The notes under the pieces: generated by a model
What the model was told of the DNA's origin: nothing
Seen by the model: only the letters and a program-made list of their open reading frames with translations
Databases searched by the model: none
Program-made: the position numbers and the translations under genes
Source: Candidatus Multivorans sp.
GTDB taxonomy: Bacteria; Acidobacteriota; Thermoanaerobaculia; Multivoradales; Multivoraceae
Assembly (NCBI GenBank): GCA_965224025.1
Contig: OZ245033.1
Coordinates: 832,001 to 896,000 of the forward strand
Reading direction: 5' to 3'
DNA: 64,000 nucleotides
Shown: piece by piece, positions 28,273 through 37,445 of the stretch
How positions within the stretch are numbered: position 1 is the stretch's first letter
Layout of the letters: the number at the start of each line of letters is the position of its first letter

Positions 28273-30741
28273 CTAGTGCTCGAGATGGGTTTCGAACAGT
28301 CCGAGAATGCGCCGGAAACGGTCCAGCCAACTGGTTGGATGCACGAAGCCGTGAGACTCCAGCGGGTAGACGGCCAGCTCCCAGTCCTTCTTCTCGAGTT
28401 CGATCAGACGCTGCACCAACTGGATGGTGTCCTGAAAGTGAACAGTGCGGTCCACCATCCCATGACTGATCAGGAGCGGGCGCTCCAGTCCCGCGGCGTA
28501 CTCGATCGGGGAACTTCGACGGTAAGCCTCCGGGTCGAGCTCCGGTGGGTTGAGGATGTCCGAGGTCCATGGGTAGTTGTAGTGCCCCCAGTCGGTCACG
28601 GGGTTGATCGCAACTCCCGCGGCGAAGAGCTGGGGCCTCTTGAACATGGCCATGAGCGTCAGGAAGCCACCGTACGAGTCGCCGTAGAGGCCGATGCGCC
28701 GGCGGTCGACGCCATGGTTGCGGACGAGCCAGTCGACCCCGACCTCGAGGTCCTGGACCTCCGGCTCTCCCATGTGCCGGTAGATCGCCGTGCGCCAGTC
28801 TCGTCCGTATCCCCGGGACGCCCGGTAGTCCATCTCGAGCACCACGTAGCCTCGCTGGACCAGCAGACTGTGGAACATGAACTCTCTCGCGTACCACGGT
28901 TCCCAGCCTGCATGGGCGTTCTGGAAGTAGCCGGCCGCGTGCACGAGGAACACGGCCGGCGGGGGAGAGGCACTCGCGGGCTGTTCGGAGCGGTAGAGCC
29001 GGGCGTAGATGGGACGCTCGGTGTGCGGCGAGGGAATCGCCACCAGCTCCGGCACGACCCACGGCGTCTCGAGAAACGCCTGGCTGGTCGTGTGGGTCAA
29101 CTGCCGCGCGGTGGCGCCGGCCTCGGCTCGCTGCACGTACAGCTCCGCCGGGCGGTTGGAGCGCGTCACGGTGAGCAGGAGCCTCTGACCGTCCGGCGAG
29201 ACGGCGAAGGTGGTCACGCCGCCGAAATCGGTCAGCCGTTCGACCTGCCCGCTGGACACGTCGGCCCGGTAGACCTCCCAGACGCCGGGGTGCTCGCGAT
29301 TGGCGGTGAAGTAGAGGTGGCGGCCATCACGGCTGAGGGTGGGCCTCGAGACCGTGTACGTTCCCTCCGTGAGTCTGCGTCGATCCCCCCCGTCGAGCGG
29401 ATGCAGAACCAGATGGGAGTAGCCGCTCTCCTCGGAGAGATAGAACAGGGTGCGACCGTCCCTCAGCCAGCCGACGTCCCGGAACACGCGGGTGACCCAC
29501 GCAGGATCGTGCATTCTCACGATCGGGACCACTCGACGCGACTCGAGGTCGATCTCGGCGATCCACCGGTCCTTGCAGTCTAGGGAGAACAGTTGCACCA
29601 CCACCCGCTCGCCGTCGTCGGACCAGAGGATGTTCCAGAAGTGGACCGGTCGCTGCCGAGCGCTTGCCGTCGCCTCGCCGCCGGCGGCGACGGCCTGAGC
29701 TCCCTCGCCCGCCTCGCTGCGCTCGGCGGCCGCTCGCCGCAGGTCCGCCAGCGGGTCCTCGTCCATGCCGGGGAGCGAGCTCAGGTCGAGGGCGACCCGC
29801 TCGTGGGAGGAGCGGTCGAGAAGCCACAGGGTCTCTTCCCGCTCCTCGAAGTCCTCCGCCTTCGGACGCCCCGGATCGGAGGCGACGTGGCCGCTGTCGG
29901 TCACGTAGCGCGGGACCATCTCCGGCAGGCGCGGCTTGGCGGCCTTGCTGGCGGTGGTGAGGAGGAGCCACCGTTCGTCCGGTGAGATCGAGAGGCGGTG
30001 CACCTCGACGTCGTCTCCCAGGTACCAGGCGGGGTCGGCCAGCGTGGAGTCCTTGCGTCGTTCATCCTGCTCGCGGTCGCGCGCCAGCCTCGTCTCGTCC
30101 CGTTGGACCCGGAGCACGTCGAACAGCCGCCGTTGCCGGCGCTCCACGTGCCCGGCCTGCTGCTGCTGTTCCCGCTCGACCTCCACCGGATCCCGTTCGA
30201 GCAGCAGGACGAACGGCTCCTCTTCCAGGCCGCTCGCGAGATCCCGCACCAGCAGACGAGCGCCTCGGCGGTAGGCGACCCGTTGCTGGGTGAGCGGCCA
30301 CGGATCGCTCTCGGTTTCGTGGGTGCGGGTGAGCTGCCGTCTCCGGCCGTTGACGAGGTCGCGGGCCCAGATGTCCCCCTCTCGGGCGTAGACCTTGAGG
30401 CGTCGGTCGCGGCTGAGCCTGCCGCCTCCGGCGTCGACGCCGCCCCGCTCCCCGAGCGGGACCACGCGCGTCTCTCCCGTCTCGAGCTCGAGCTCGACGA
30501 GGTCGCGGCCGCGCTCGCCCGTGAGTTTCTGGAAGTAGAAGACGGAGGCGCCGTCCTCTGCCCAGTAGGCCCTTTCGGGCGCGTTTCCCAGCCAGTCGAG
30601 GTCGGACGCGATCCGCTCGAGCGTGAGCGGCTCGGCAGCGGACTCACTACTCGGCTGGGATTGAGCCTCCCGCGCGAACAGGCAGAGGCACAGGACAGCG
30701 CCGAGCGCCGCCGTCGTCGCACGGGCTCCCGATCGCCTCAC
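28273..30741 (-). CDS. S9 prolyl oligopeptidase / DPP-IV-like peptidase
   Basis: GTG start overlaps the upstream TGA; signal peptide; GDSYGG, HGMVDRTV, ESHGF. Confidence 0.93.
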   Translation of the reverse strand: MRRSGARATTAALGAVLCLCLFAREAQSQPSSESAAEPLTLERIASDLDWLGNAPERAYWAEDGASVFYFQKLTGERGRDLVELELETGETRVVPLGERGGVDAGGGRLSRDRRLKVYAREGDIWARDLVNGRRRQLTRTHETESDPWPLTQQRVAYRRGARLLVRDLASGLEEEPFVLLLERDPVEVEREQQQQAGHVERRQRRLFDVLRVQRDETRLARDREQDERRKDSTLADPAWYLGDDVEVHRLSISPDERWLLLTTASKAAKPRLPEMVPRYVTDSGHVASDPGRPKAEDFEEREETLWLLDRSSHERVALDLSSLPGMDEDPLADLRRAAAERSEAGEGAQAVAAGGEATASARQRPVHFWNILWSDDGERVVVQLFSLDCKDRWIAEIDLESRRVVPIVRMHDPAWVTRVFRDVGWLRDGRTLFYLSEESGYSHLVLHPLDGGDRRRLTEGTYTVSRPTLSRDGRHLYFTANREHPGVWEVYRADVSSGQVERLTDFGGVTTFAVSPDGQRLLLTVTRSNRPAELYVQRAEAGATARQLTHTTSQAFLETPWVVPELVAIPSPHTERPIYARLYRSEQPASASPPPAVFLVHAAGYFQNAHAGWEPWYAREFMFHSLLVQRGYVVLEMDYRASRGYGRDWRTAIYRHMGEPEVQDLEVGVDWLVRNHGVDRRRIGLYGDSYGGFLTLMAMFKRPQLFAAGVAINPVTDWGHYNYPWTSDILNPPELDPEAYRRSSPIEYAAGLERPLLISHGMVDRTVHFQDTIQLVQRLIELEKKDWELAVYPLESHGFVHPTSWLDRFRRILGLFETHLEH

Positions 30742-32885
30742 AACCGTCTCTCCAGCGTAACCAGGCCGTGCCGCTCCAGAATCCGCACCAGACGCAGAAC
30801 GTCGCTCATCGAAATCCGGCGAGAGTCCAGGGAGAAGTCCTCCACCCTCCCGACGCCGTGGGCGTCGAGCCCGAAGTCGAACGCTTCGGCGCTCAGCGCG
30901 TCCCGGATGTCGAGCAGGGAGCGCTTGCCGTCCATGAAGTTGAGCAGCTCCGAAATCCGAATGTAGGAGTAGGGCAGGCGGCGCCTCAGACCCTCGAGCC
31001 ACTCCCGGTCGGTCTCCTCGACATCTTCCTGCAGGAGCTCGTCGCGCCATCGCTCGTTGAGGAGCGGCCTCCCCCGTCGCGGCACCAGGTCCGCGGCCGT
31101 CCGCTCGTCCGCGTCGAGGGGACGCACACCCGGCGGCTCGCCGGCGACCGCCTCGTAGGCCTGGGCCAGCGCGCCGCCCAGGGCCTCGAGCTGCCGGTCG
31201 ACGGCGCCGGCGAGGTCGTCGAGGTGCGGGTCGAGTCCGTTTGCCAGCTCTCCGACGGCACGCAGTGCGCGCCGTTCCCGGGCGCCGTAGTGAACCAGCT
31301 TCCGCTCGGCGAGCCAATACGCCTCCGTGAGCTGGTCCCCTCGCACCGAGCCGAGCAGGGCCAGCCCCTCCCGGGCGGCCCCGGCGAGTCGGCCCGTTCC
31401 CTCGGCGAACACTTCCCACGCGATCCGTCGCGCCTCAGCCTCGCCCGCCGTAGCCAGCAGGTAGGCGGCCCCCGCCGCAATGATCCCGGCGCGCTCGAGG
31501 TTGGTTGGGTCCACCTTGTCCGGGGCGTCCAGATTGGTGTGGTGGAAGGGATCCGGACCCGAGTGAAGGAACACGGTCGGAATGGCCAGGGCGCCGTCGT
31601 TGAGGATGTAGTGGTCGCTGTCCGGACTCCACGGTTTCACGCGGACGTTCAATACCGAGTCGGAGCCGGTCGGGGCCCGGAGCGGCACGCCGTCCAGCCA
31701 GCGTGTCAGGTTCGTCACGACATCGAGAAAGTAGGAGGGCATGGAGTCCGGGGGACGGCGGATGTTGAACGGTCCGTTGCCGGCATGGGGACCCTCTCCC
31801 ACCATGTCGAGGTTGATCGCTGCGATCACCCGGTCAGCCAGATCGGGGTGAGCGTCGAAGAAGGCGTAGGTTCCGGCCCCCTCGGTCATCCACAGGAAGC
31901 GGATCGTTCGCGCCGGAGGCTCGATCAGCCCGGCGTCGATCAGGCGGTGGAGGGTGCGGGCGATCTCAAGCAGCAGGCCGCTGCCGCTGGCGTTGTCGTT
32001 GGCGCTGGGCCGCACGTGGTCGATGTGCGCGAGGAGCAGGATCTCCTCCTCGCTCCGGCTGGTGCCAGGGATCACCGCAGTCACCACCTCCTGGGCGCCG
32101 GCAGCCAGCTCGGCGTCGATCAGGACGGTGGCCAGCAGGCGTCGGCCCGCCCGCAGCTCCCGCCTCAGCCGCTCTCCCTCCGCCGCCGAGATCGAGAACG
32201 CGAACGTCGGCTCCCGACCGTCCACCGGGCGCGGCGCGAGCACCTGCCAGGTGACCATGTGGGGGTAGCCCCAGCCCTTGTGGACGTTGTACGACTCGCC
32301 GCCGCTCACCACCACGCCGGCGGCGCCGTAGCGCCCGACCGCCAGCGCCTCCACCGCGCTCGAGAAGCCGGTCGCCAGCACCAGCTTGCCTCGGACATCG
32401 AGGCCATCGTAGTGGTCCGGACTGGTGCCTCTGCCGATGTCGACGAGCTCGGCCGTGACGGAGGCGGGCCGCGAGTAACGGGCGAGAGCGATCGGTAACT
32501 GGTCGTACGAGGCAACGAGATGCTCGAACGGCTCCACCACTCGCAGCTCGGCGGTGCGTACCAGCCAGCGCGGCAGGGGAGATGGGGCGCCCTTCCGGTA
32601 GCGGGCGGGCTGCTCCGGTCCGTAGCGCTCCAGTTCGGCATTCGCGATGCCAAGGCCCTTCAGTTCGCCGAGCAGCCAGTCCGCGGCGTCGCGAAAGCCT
32701 GGCGACGCCGAGATCCGGTCCCAGGCGGCCAGGCGAACGACGTACCGCTTCGCTTCCACCCCCGAGAGCTCGCGGTGGATGAGGCCGGCGACGCGCTCGT
32801 CCAGGAGGACGGGCGACTGTGCCGCGGCGATGGCCGGGAGAGCCGCCGCAGCGAGCGCGAGGATCGCGGAACGGGACCTGGTCAC
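30738..32885 (-). CDS. M28 / DUF4910-type aminopeptidase (paralog of 26079-28151)
   Basis: AHIDH, SANDNASG, NLDMVG, SDH, HHTNLD. Confidence 0.88.
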   Translation of the reverse strand: MTRSRSAILALAAAALPAIAAAQSPVLLDERVAGLIHRELSGVEAKRYVVRLAAWDRISASPGFRDAADWLLGELKGLGIANAELERYGPEQPARYRKGAPSPLPRWLVRTAELRVVEPFEHLVASYDQLPIALARYSRPASVTAELVDIGRGTSPDHYDGLDVRGKLVLATGFSSAVEALAVGRYGAAGVVVSGGESYNVHKGWGYPHMVTWQVLAPRPVDGREPTFAFSISAAEGERLRRELRAGRRLLATVLIDAELAAGAQEVVTAVIPGTSRSEEEILLLAHIDHVRPSANDNASGSGLLLEIARTLHRLIDAGLIEPPARTIRFLWMTEGAGTYAFFDAHPDLADRVIAAINLDMVGEGPHAGNGPFNIRRPPDSMPSYFLDVVTNLTRWLDGVPLRAPTGSDSVLNVRVKPWSPDSDHYILNDGALAIPTVFLHSGPDPFHHTNLDAPDKVDPTNLERAGIIAAGAAYLLATAGEAEARRIAWEVFAEGTGRLAGAAREGLALLGSVRGDQLTEAYWLAERKLVHYGARERRALRAVGELANGLDPHLDDLAGAVDRQLEALGGALAQAYEAVAGEPPGVRPLDADERTAADLVPRRGRPLLNERWRDELLQEDVEETDREWLEGLRRRLPYSYIRISELLNFMDGKRSLLDIRDALSAEAFDFGLDAHGVGRVEDFSLDSRRISMSDVLRLVRILERHGLVTLERRL

Positions 32886-34120
32886 TCGCTCGGCATCCGT
32901 TTGCCGTTGATGAACACGTGGAGCACCTGGGAACGAGGGTCCAACGGGGGGCCCGACAGGACGACCACATCGCCGTCCATCCCGGGTCGCAGGCGTCCCA
33001 GTCGGTCGGCGACGCCGAGAAGCTCTGCCGGCCAGGACGTAACCGCCCGCAACGCGTCCTCCCGGGAGAGTCCGTGCTTGAGCAGATAGCCGGCGTTGAA
33101 CAGGAGATCACCGCTGCCGTAGGGGTTGCCTTCGCCGAGCTGGAGCGCGATGCGCACTCCGGCGTCGAGCAGCCGCGCCGCGTTCCGTTCGCTGAAGCTC
33201 TCCTTTTCGTACCGGTACCACAGGCCCTTGATCGAGGCCAGGACGACCGGCACGTCGCGACGCGCCAACTCCTCGGCGATCAGGTGCGCTTCGGTTGCGT
33301 AGGCGAGGATCACGTCGAAGTCGAACTCGTCGCTCAGCCGCAGCGCGTTGGCGATGTCCTTGGTCGTGTAGGCCTGCACCAACGCGGGCAGCTCGCCGCG
33401 CAGCAGCGTGGCGGTTGTCTCGAACTCGGCGTCGACGGCCTGACGTTCGCCGTTCTGTTCGGCCTGCCTGCGGCTTTCCTCATACACCCGCGCGCGGTTC
33501 AGGTGCTCGCGCAGCAGTGCGACCTCGCCCATGCGGGTCTTGGGCGCCGCGTTCGTGCGCTTCGGCTCATCTCCGAGGCTCATCTTGAGGACCGCCGGCT
33601 GCCGCACGACGTTCTCGCTCCCCACGGCCGGCGCGGTCTTGACAAGGACGCCACTGCCGCCGATGAGGTTCTTGCCGCCGGGCGCCGCCAGCAGCGTGGT
33701 GATGCCGGAGCGACGTGCGGACGCCACGTCCGCGGCAAACGCGTAGAAGGCGTCGAGGGCGTGGAGGTCGGCCGTGATCGGCCTGGTGTCCTCGTCGGTG
33801 TCCCAGCCGACGCCGTCGCCGTGAAGGCCGGTTTGGGAGTGCGCCTCGATCATCCCGGGCAGGATGAACCCGTCGGGCACCTCGATCACCTCGACATCGT
33901 CCGTGGCCGTCAGGTCACGCCCCACCGCCTCGATCCTGCCGTCCCGCAGCAGTACCTGACCGCCGGCGACGAAGCCACTCCCGTCGCTCCACAGCGTTCC
34001 CGCACGCACGAGCCAGCCGGCCGGCTGGTCGGAGACAACCTCCTGACCGACCGAGGGTCCCGACCACAGCATCCCGGCCAGGACCGGGATGCACCAGCTA
34101 CTCAGCCGCTGCACGCTCAT
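32882..34120 (-). CDS. Amidohydrolase-fold protein with degenerate metal ligands
   Basis: PGMIEAHSQ, LKMSLG, GRLRPGMDGDVVV. Confidence 0.85.
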   Translation of the reverse strand: MSVQRLSSWCIPVLAGMLWSGPSVGQEVVSDQPAGWLVRAGTLWSDGSGFVAGGQVLLRDGRIEAVGRDLTATDDVEVIEVPDGFILPGMIEAHSQTGLHGDGVGWDTDEDTRPITADLHALDAFYAFAADVASARRSGITTLLAAPGGKNLIGGSGVLVKTAPAVGSENVVRQPAVLKMSLGDEPKRTNAAPKTRMGEVALLREHLNRARVYEESRRQAEQNGERQAVDAEFETTATLLRGELPALVQAYTTKDIANALRLSDEFDFDVILAYATEAHLIAEELARRDVPVVLASIKGLWYRYEKESFSERNAARLLDAGVRIALQLGEGNPYGSGDLLFNAGYLLKHGLSREDALRAVTSWPAELLGVADRLGRLRPGMDGDVVVLSGPPLDPRSQVLHVFINGKRMPSE

Positions 34121-35375
34121 AGACGGTCTCCCCTTCGATCAGGACGCGGACGACGTTGGTCGACAGCGCCAGCGGCTCGCCGTCCAGCACGATCAGGTCG
34201 GCGTCCTTGCCAGACTCCAGGCTGCCGACCCGATCCGCGAGGCCGATGGCGCGAGCGGGATTCAGGGTGATGGCACGCAGGGCCTCCTCCTCGCCCAATC
34301 CCAGATGCACCGCGAAGGAGGCCTGCAGAAAGAGGTCAGGCACGTAACTGTCGGTCATGATCGACACTTCGACTCCCGCCTGGCCCATTCGGCCGGCGAC
34401 GTCGACTGGCCGTGGCGGATTCTTGCCCCGGTACCAGCCGTCGAGCTTCGGCCCCACGACGACCGGAATGCCGCTGCGGGCGATCTCGTCGGCCACCAGG
34501 TAGCCCTCGTAGACGTGACCCAGAGAGCCCTCGAGCCCGTGGCTGCGCATGAGGCGGACAGCGGTCAGGATGTCGTCGGCCCGGACCGCATGAATGTGAA
34601 CCAGGGCTTCGCCGGCCACGGTCGCCGCCAGCACTTCGAGCTCCGGGTCGATCTCCCCGGCCACCCTCGGCTCCCCCTGCCGCACCAACCTCGCGGCTTC
34701 CTCGAAGCGCGCCCTCAGCATCGCGCTGGAGCCCATGCGGGTCTTCGGTGAGCGCTCCTTGCGACCGTGCGACGACTTGGGGTTCATGCCGAGCGCCATC
34801 TTCAGCACCGGCCGCGATCCGATCAGCATCCGATCGAGGCCGCCACTTCGGTTCTTGAGCGCCCAGCCCAGCCCGCTCACCAGGTTGCTGCTTCCGGGAA
34901 GCACGAGCAGCGTCGTCGCGCCGAGTCCGCGGACCTTGTCGAACGCCGGATCGTCCGGGTCCAGGGCGTCCCGGACGTCGGCCAGAGGCGTGAACGGCCG
35001 GCTGCTCTCGGCGATGTCGAAACGTCCCGGAGTCAGATGGACGTTGCGGAGTCCGTAGTGGGTGTGAGCATCGACGAGACCGGGCATCACGACCCGGTCG
35101 GAGGCGTCGATCACCGAATAGCCCGGCGGCGTCTCGGTGCCGCTGCGCACTTCTTCGATCTTGCCGTCGACAACGAGGACCATCCCTGGAGACAGGGAGC
35201 CGTGCGAAATCGTGTTCACGGTCTTCGCTACGACTGCCAGCCGCTGCGCCGACACGTCCTCGCTCGGCATCAAGGGGATGGTCGCCGCTGCCAGGACGAG
35301 GACCCGCCACGGCCCCGAGACGCACATGGCGAGCCGGTCTCGGCAAGCCCAACGCCGATTCCTGACCGGGCCCAT
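34098..35375 (-). CDS. Metal-dependent amidohydrolase (exported)
   Basis: PGLVDAHTH, LKMALG, HIHA, GH, MTD, GSLESGKDADLIV. Confidence 0.9.
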   Translation of the reverse strand: MGPVRNRRWACRDRLAMCVSGPWRVLVLAAATIPLMPSEDVSAQRLAVVAKTVNTISHGSLSPGMVLVVDGKIEEVRSGTETPPGYSVIDASDRVVMPGLVDAHTHYGLRNVHLTPGRFDIAESSRPFTPLADVRDALDPDDPAFDKVRGLGATTLLVLPGSSNLVSGLGWALKNRSGGLDRMLIGSRPVLKMALGMNPKSSHGRKERSPKTRMGSSAMLRARFEEAARLVRQGEPRVAGEIDPELEVLAATVAGEALVHIHAVRADDILTAVRLMRSHGLEGSLGHVYEGYLVADEIARSGIPVVVGPKLDGWYRGKNPPRPVDVAGRMGQAGVEVSIMTDSYVPDLFLQASFAVHLGLGEEEALRAITLNPARAIGLADRVGSLESGKDADLIVLDGEPLALSTNVVRVLIEGETVYERAAAE

Positions 35376-35382
35376 GGCAGCG

Positions 35383-35449
35383 ATGCTGTCGAGGGGGTCG
35401 CGCCAAGTCCCTAAGACTCCTCGAAGGATCCCCCAAGAATCGGCGAAGG
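35383..35449 (-). promoter_or_regulatory. Hydrolase operon promoter with four 11-bp-phased repeats
   Basis: Sense CCTTCGCCGATTCTTGGGGGATCCTTCGAGGAGTCTTAGGGACT-17-CAGCAT-7-ATG. Confidence 0.7.
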
Positions 35450-35475
35450 GCGACGGCGGACCTGCACCGTGTAGT

Positions 35476-36879
35476 TCAACCCTTGGCGGTGGCGATGACG
35501 TAGAGGCGGTCCGAGATGTCGCGGACCGTCGCCTCCATTTCGGGGTAGAACTCGCCGCGGGTGGTCATCAGACCCTGGTGCTGGTTCTTCTCCTTGCCGG
35601 GCATGGTGTTCGCCGTGTCGATCACTCCGCACATGTGCCAGCCGACGAAGTCGGGACGAGCGGTGGCGTTCTCCATGAACTCTCGCGTCCAGAGGGCGCG
35701 CTCCGCCATGTCGCGCGCATGTTGTCCATGGGGATTGGGCATCGTCTCGGTCGGCGTGGTGTAGGCGGCGTCGCCGTTGAGGAAGGGTTGCCCCACGACG
35801 TCCGTCAGCCGGTCCATCGTGTAGCGCTGACCCTCCCACCGGGCGTAGTGCTGGGTGTTCACGAGGTCGGTGTAACGGCTGGTCACGCCAGCGATGGAGT
35901 CGAGCCCGTCCGTGTCGCCGTTGATCTTGTCGCCGAGGAAGAGGTGGTTCGGGTCGGCGCGGCGGAGGGCGGCCCTGGCCACGGAGTAGTAGCGCTCGAC
36001 GCAGAGCAGCAGGAACGCAGCGTTGTCACGGCGCTCAGCCTGGTTCAAGGGGCCTCGATCGGGTCGCCAGTCTCTTGCGTTGAGCAGATCCGACCACGCG
36101 GCGAAGCGGGTGCCGTAGGTGGCGTTGAAGCCGGACACATCGCCATAGCGCTCGCGCATGCAGTCGACGTAGGCCTGTTTGCCGGGCGCCTCGGCCGCGA
36201 AGTTGCGTAGCCGGCGGGGCCACGTGGTGCTGCCGTTCCACTCCGCCTCGTTGTCGGTCAAGGGAGGGCAATCGGCCATGCAGTACCCCAGCACCATGGG
36301 GTCGTCACGGTAGGGGGCGGCGACTTGCTGGGCCGTGCGCTCGCACAGCGCCTCGAACTCGGGGGCAAAGATGTCCGCGTAGGCATCGGGCTGGGGTTTG
36401 AGGTAGTGGGACAGCACCAGCGGCTCGAACGGAGCGACGAAGGGAAACCGGGCCTGCCCCGGCGGGTGAGTGAGCATCGTGGCGTTCGTGTGAATGCCCA
36501 GGGTGTTGAGGCCCAGCCTTCGCAGATCGGCCAGGGCCGCCTCGCGGAACCCTCTGTTCCAGGTGGGGTCATCCACCTTCCCCGCGCCGAATCGCCGCAG
36601 CCAGTAGTCGCGGTTGTAGTCCTGCGCCCACCAACCCGCGTGGTAGTGGTTGACGCCCCAACTGATGAACGCGTGGCCTTCGGGAGTGACCAACCACCAG
36701 CGCCGCCCGTCGTGCTCCGTGCGGAAGAACCCGGTGGCGTCGAACTTGAGTCCAGTCCAGCCGCCGAAGCGGTCGCGGTCGACGTTGGGTTGAGCGGCCC
36801 AGGACCGCGGTCCAAGGCAAGCGCCAAGCGCAATGAGAGACGACTTGAGAAAGTCGCGGCGGGCAAGGGGAAGAAGCAT
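35476..36879 (-). CDS. Tat-exported glycoside hydrolase (beta-agarase/GH50-like)
   Basis: ARRDFLK; ATGFFRTEHDGRRWWLVTPEG; DDPMVLGY; DPNHLFLG; PDFVGWHMC. Confidence 0.8.
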   Translation of the reverse strand: MLLPLARRDFLKSSLIALGACLGPRSWAAQPNVDRDRFGGWTGLKFDATGFFRTEHDGRRWWLVTPEGHAFISWGVNHYHAGWWAQDYNRDYWLRRFGAGKVDDPTWNRGFREAALADLRRLGLNTLGIHTNATMLTHPPGQARFPFVAPFEPLVLSHYLKPQPDAYADIFAPEFEALCERTAQQVAAPYRDDPMVLGYCMADCPPLTDNEAEWNGSTTWPRRLRNFAAEAPGKQAYVDCMRERYGDVSGFNATYGTRFAAWSDLLNARDWRPDRGPLNQAERRDNAAFLLLCVERYYSVARAALRRADPNHLFLGDKINGDTDGLDSIAGVTSRYTDLVNTQHYARWEGQRYTMDRLTDVVGQPFLNGDAAYTTPTETMPNPHGQHARDMAERALWTREFMENATARPDFVGWHMCGVIDTANTMPGKEKNQHQGLMTTRGEFYPEMEATVRDISDRLYVIATAKG

Positions 36880-36957
36880 GGCGCCCGATCGCAGAGGCGC
36901 TTCAACCGGCGCGAGGCCTTCGGCCCAGGCCGAGAGAGCGTTGGTGTCGAGAGTCAA
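36880..36957 (-). pseudogene. VapC (PIN) N-terminal remnant, in frame with the glycoside hydrolase
   Basis: TTG start overlaps the antitoxin stop; MTLDTNALSAWAEG is a PIN N-terminal motif. Confidence 0.75.
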
Positions 36958-37247
36958 GGAATGTCGCCGGGGTCGAGTTTCTCGAACTCCTCGTCGATCG
37001 CCTCGAGGACGATCCGGTGCTCATCGCCAAGGTCGGCAAGTTCTCCGAATCCCTGCATCCAGGGTGGATTCGGAGAGTTGGGGTCGCCGCGGTCCAGATG
37101 GGTATGGACCTGCGAACCGGAGGCGTGTCGACCGAGGTGCAGTTCGACGGCGTCAGTGAAGAAGCGCTTCAGGGTCATGCCGCGGCCCGCGGCGAAGGCC
37201 TTCGCGCGCCGGAAGGTCGTGTCGGGCAGCTCGATCGTGGTCTTCAT
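36954..37247 (-). CDS. VapB-type RHH antitoxin
   Basis: MKTTIELPDTTFRRAKAFAAGRGMTLKRFFTDAVE. Confidence 0.85.
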   Translation of the reverse strand: MKTTIELPDTTFRRAKAFAAGRGMTLKRFFTDAVELHLGRHASGSQVHTHLDRGDPNSPNPPWMQGFGELADLGDEHRIVLEAIDEEFEKLDPGDIP

Positions 37248-37392
37248 GGCCCCATATTGCCGTATGTGCGGGCTGTGGCCAGGCACGGGATCCGTGCTTT
37301 GCGCGTCTTGCGGGACCGAATCCGTCCTAGCCGTATAGAAGGGGAGGCTCCTTATGGATCTCGCGGTCAGTCACAACAGGGGCTGAACTCTT

Positions 37393-37426
37393 GGTTGACG
37401 AAGGGTTGCGGTTGACATATGGTTGC
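37393..37426 (+). promoter_or_regulatory. Promoter with tandem 17-bp operator-like repeat
   Basis: GGTTGAC-N4-GGTTGC twice, overlapping TTGACG-17-TATGGT. Confidence 0.6.
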
Positions 37427-37445
37427 GCCCACGAGGAAGTAGTAC

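Noticed and set aside
30742-31419. N-terminal extension of the 1048-aa S9 ORF
   Set aside because: It overlaps the M28 gene out of frame. The signal peptide begins at GTG 30741.
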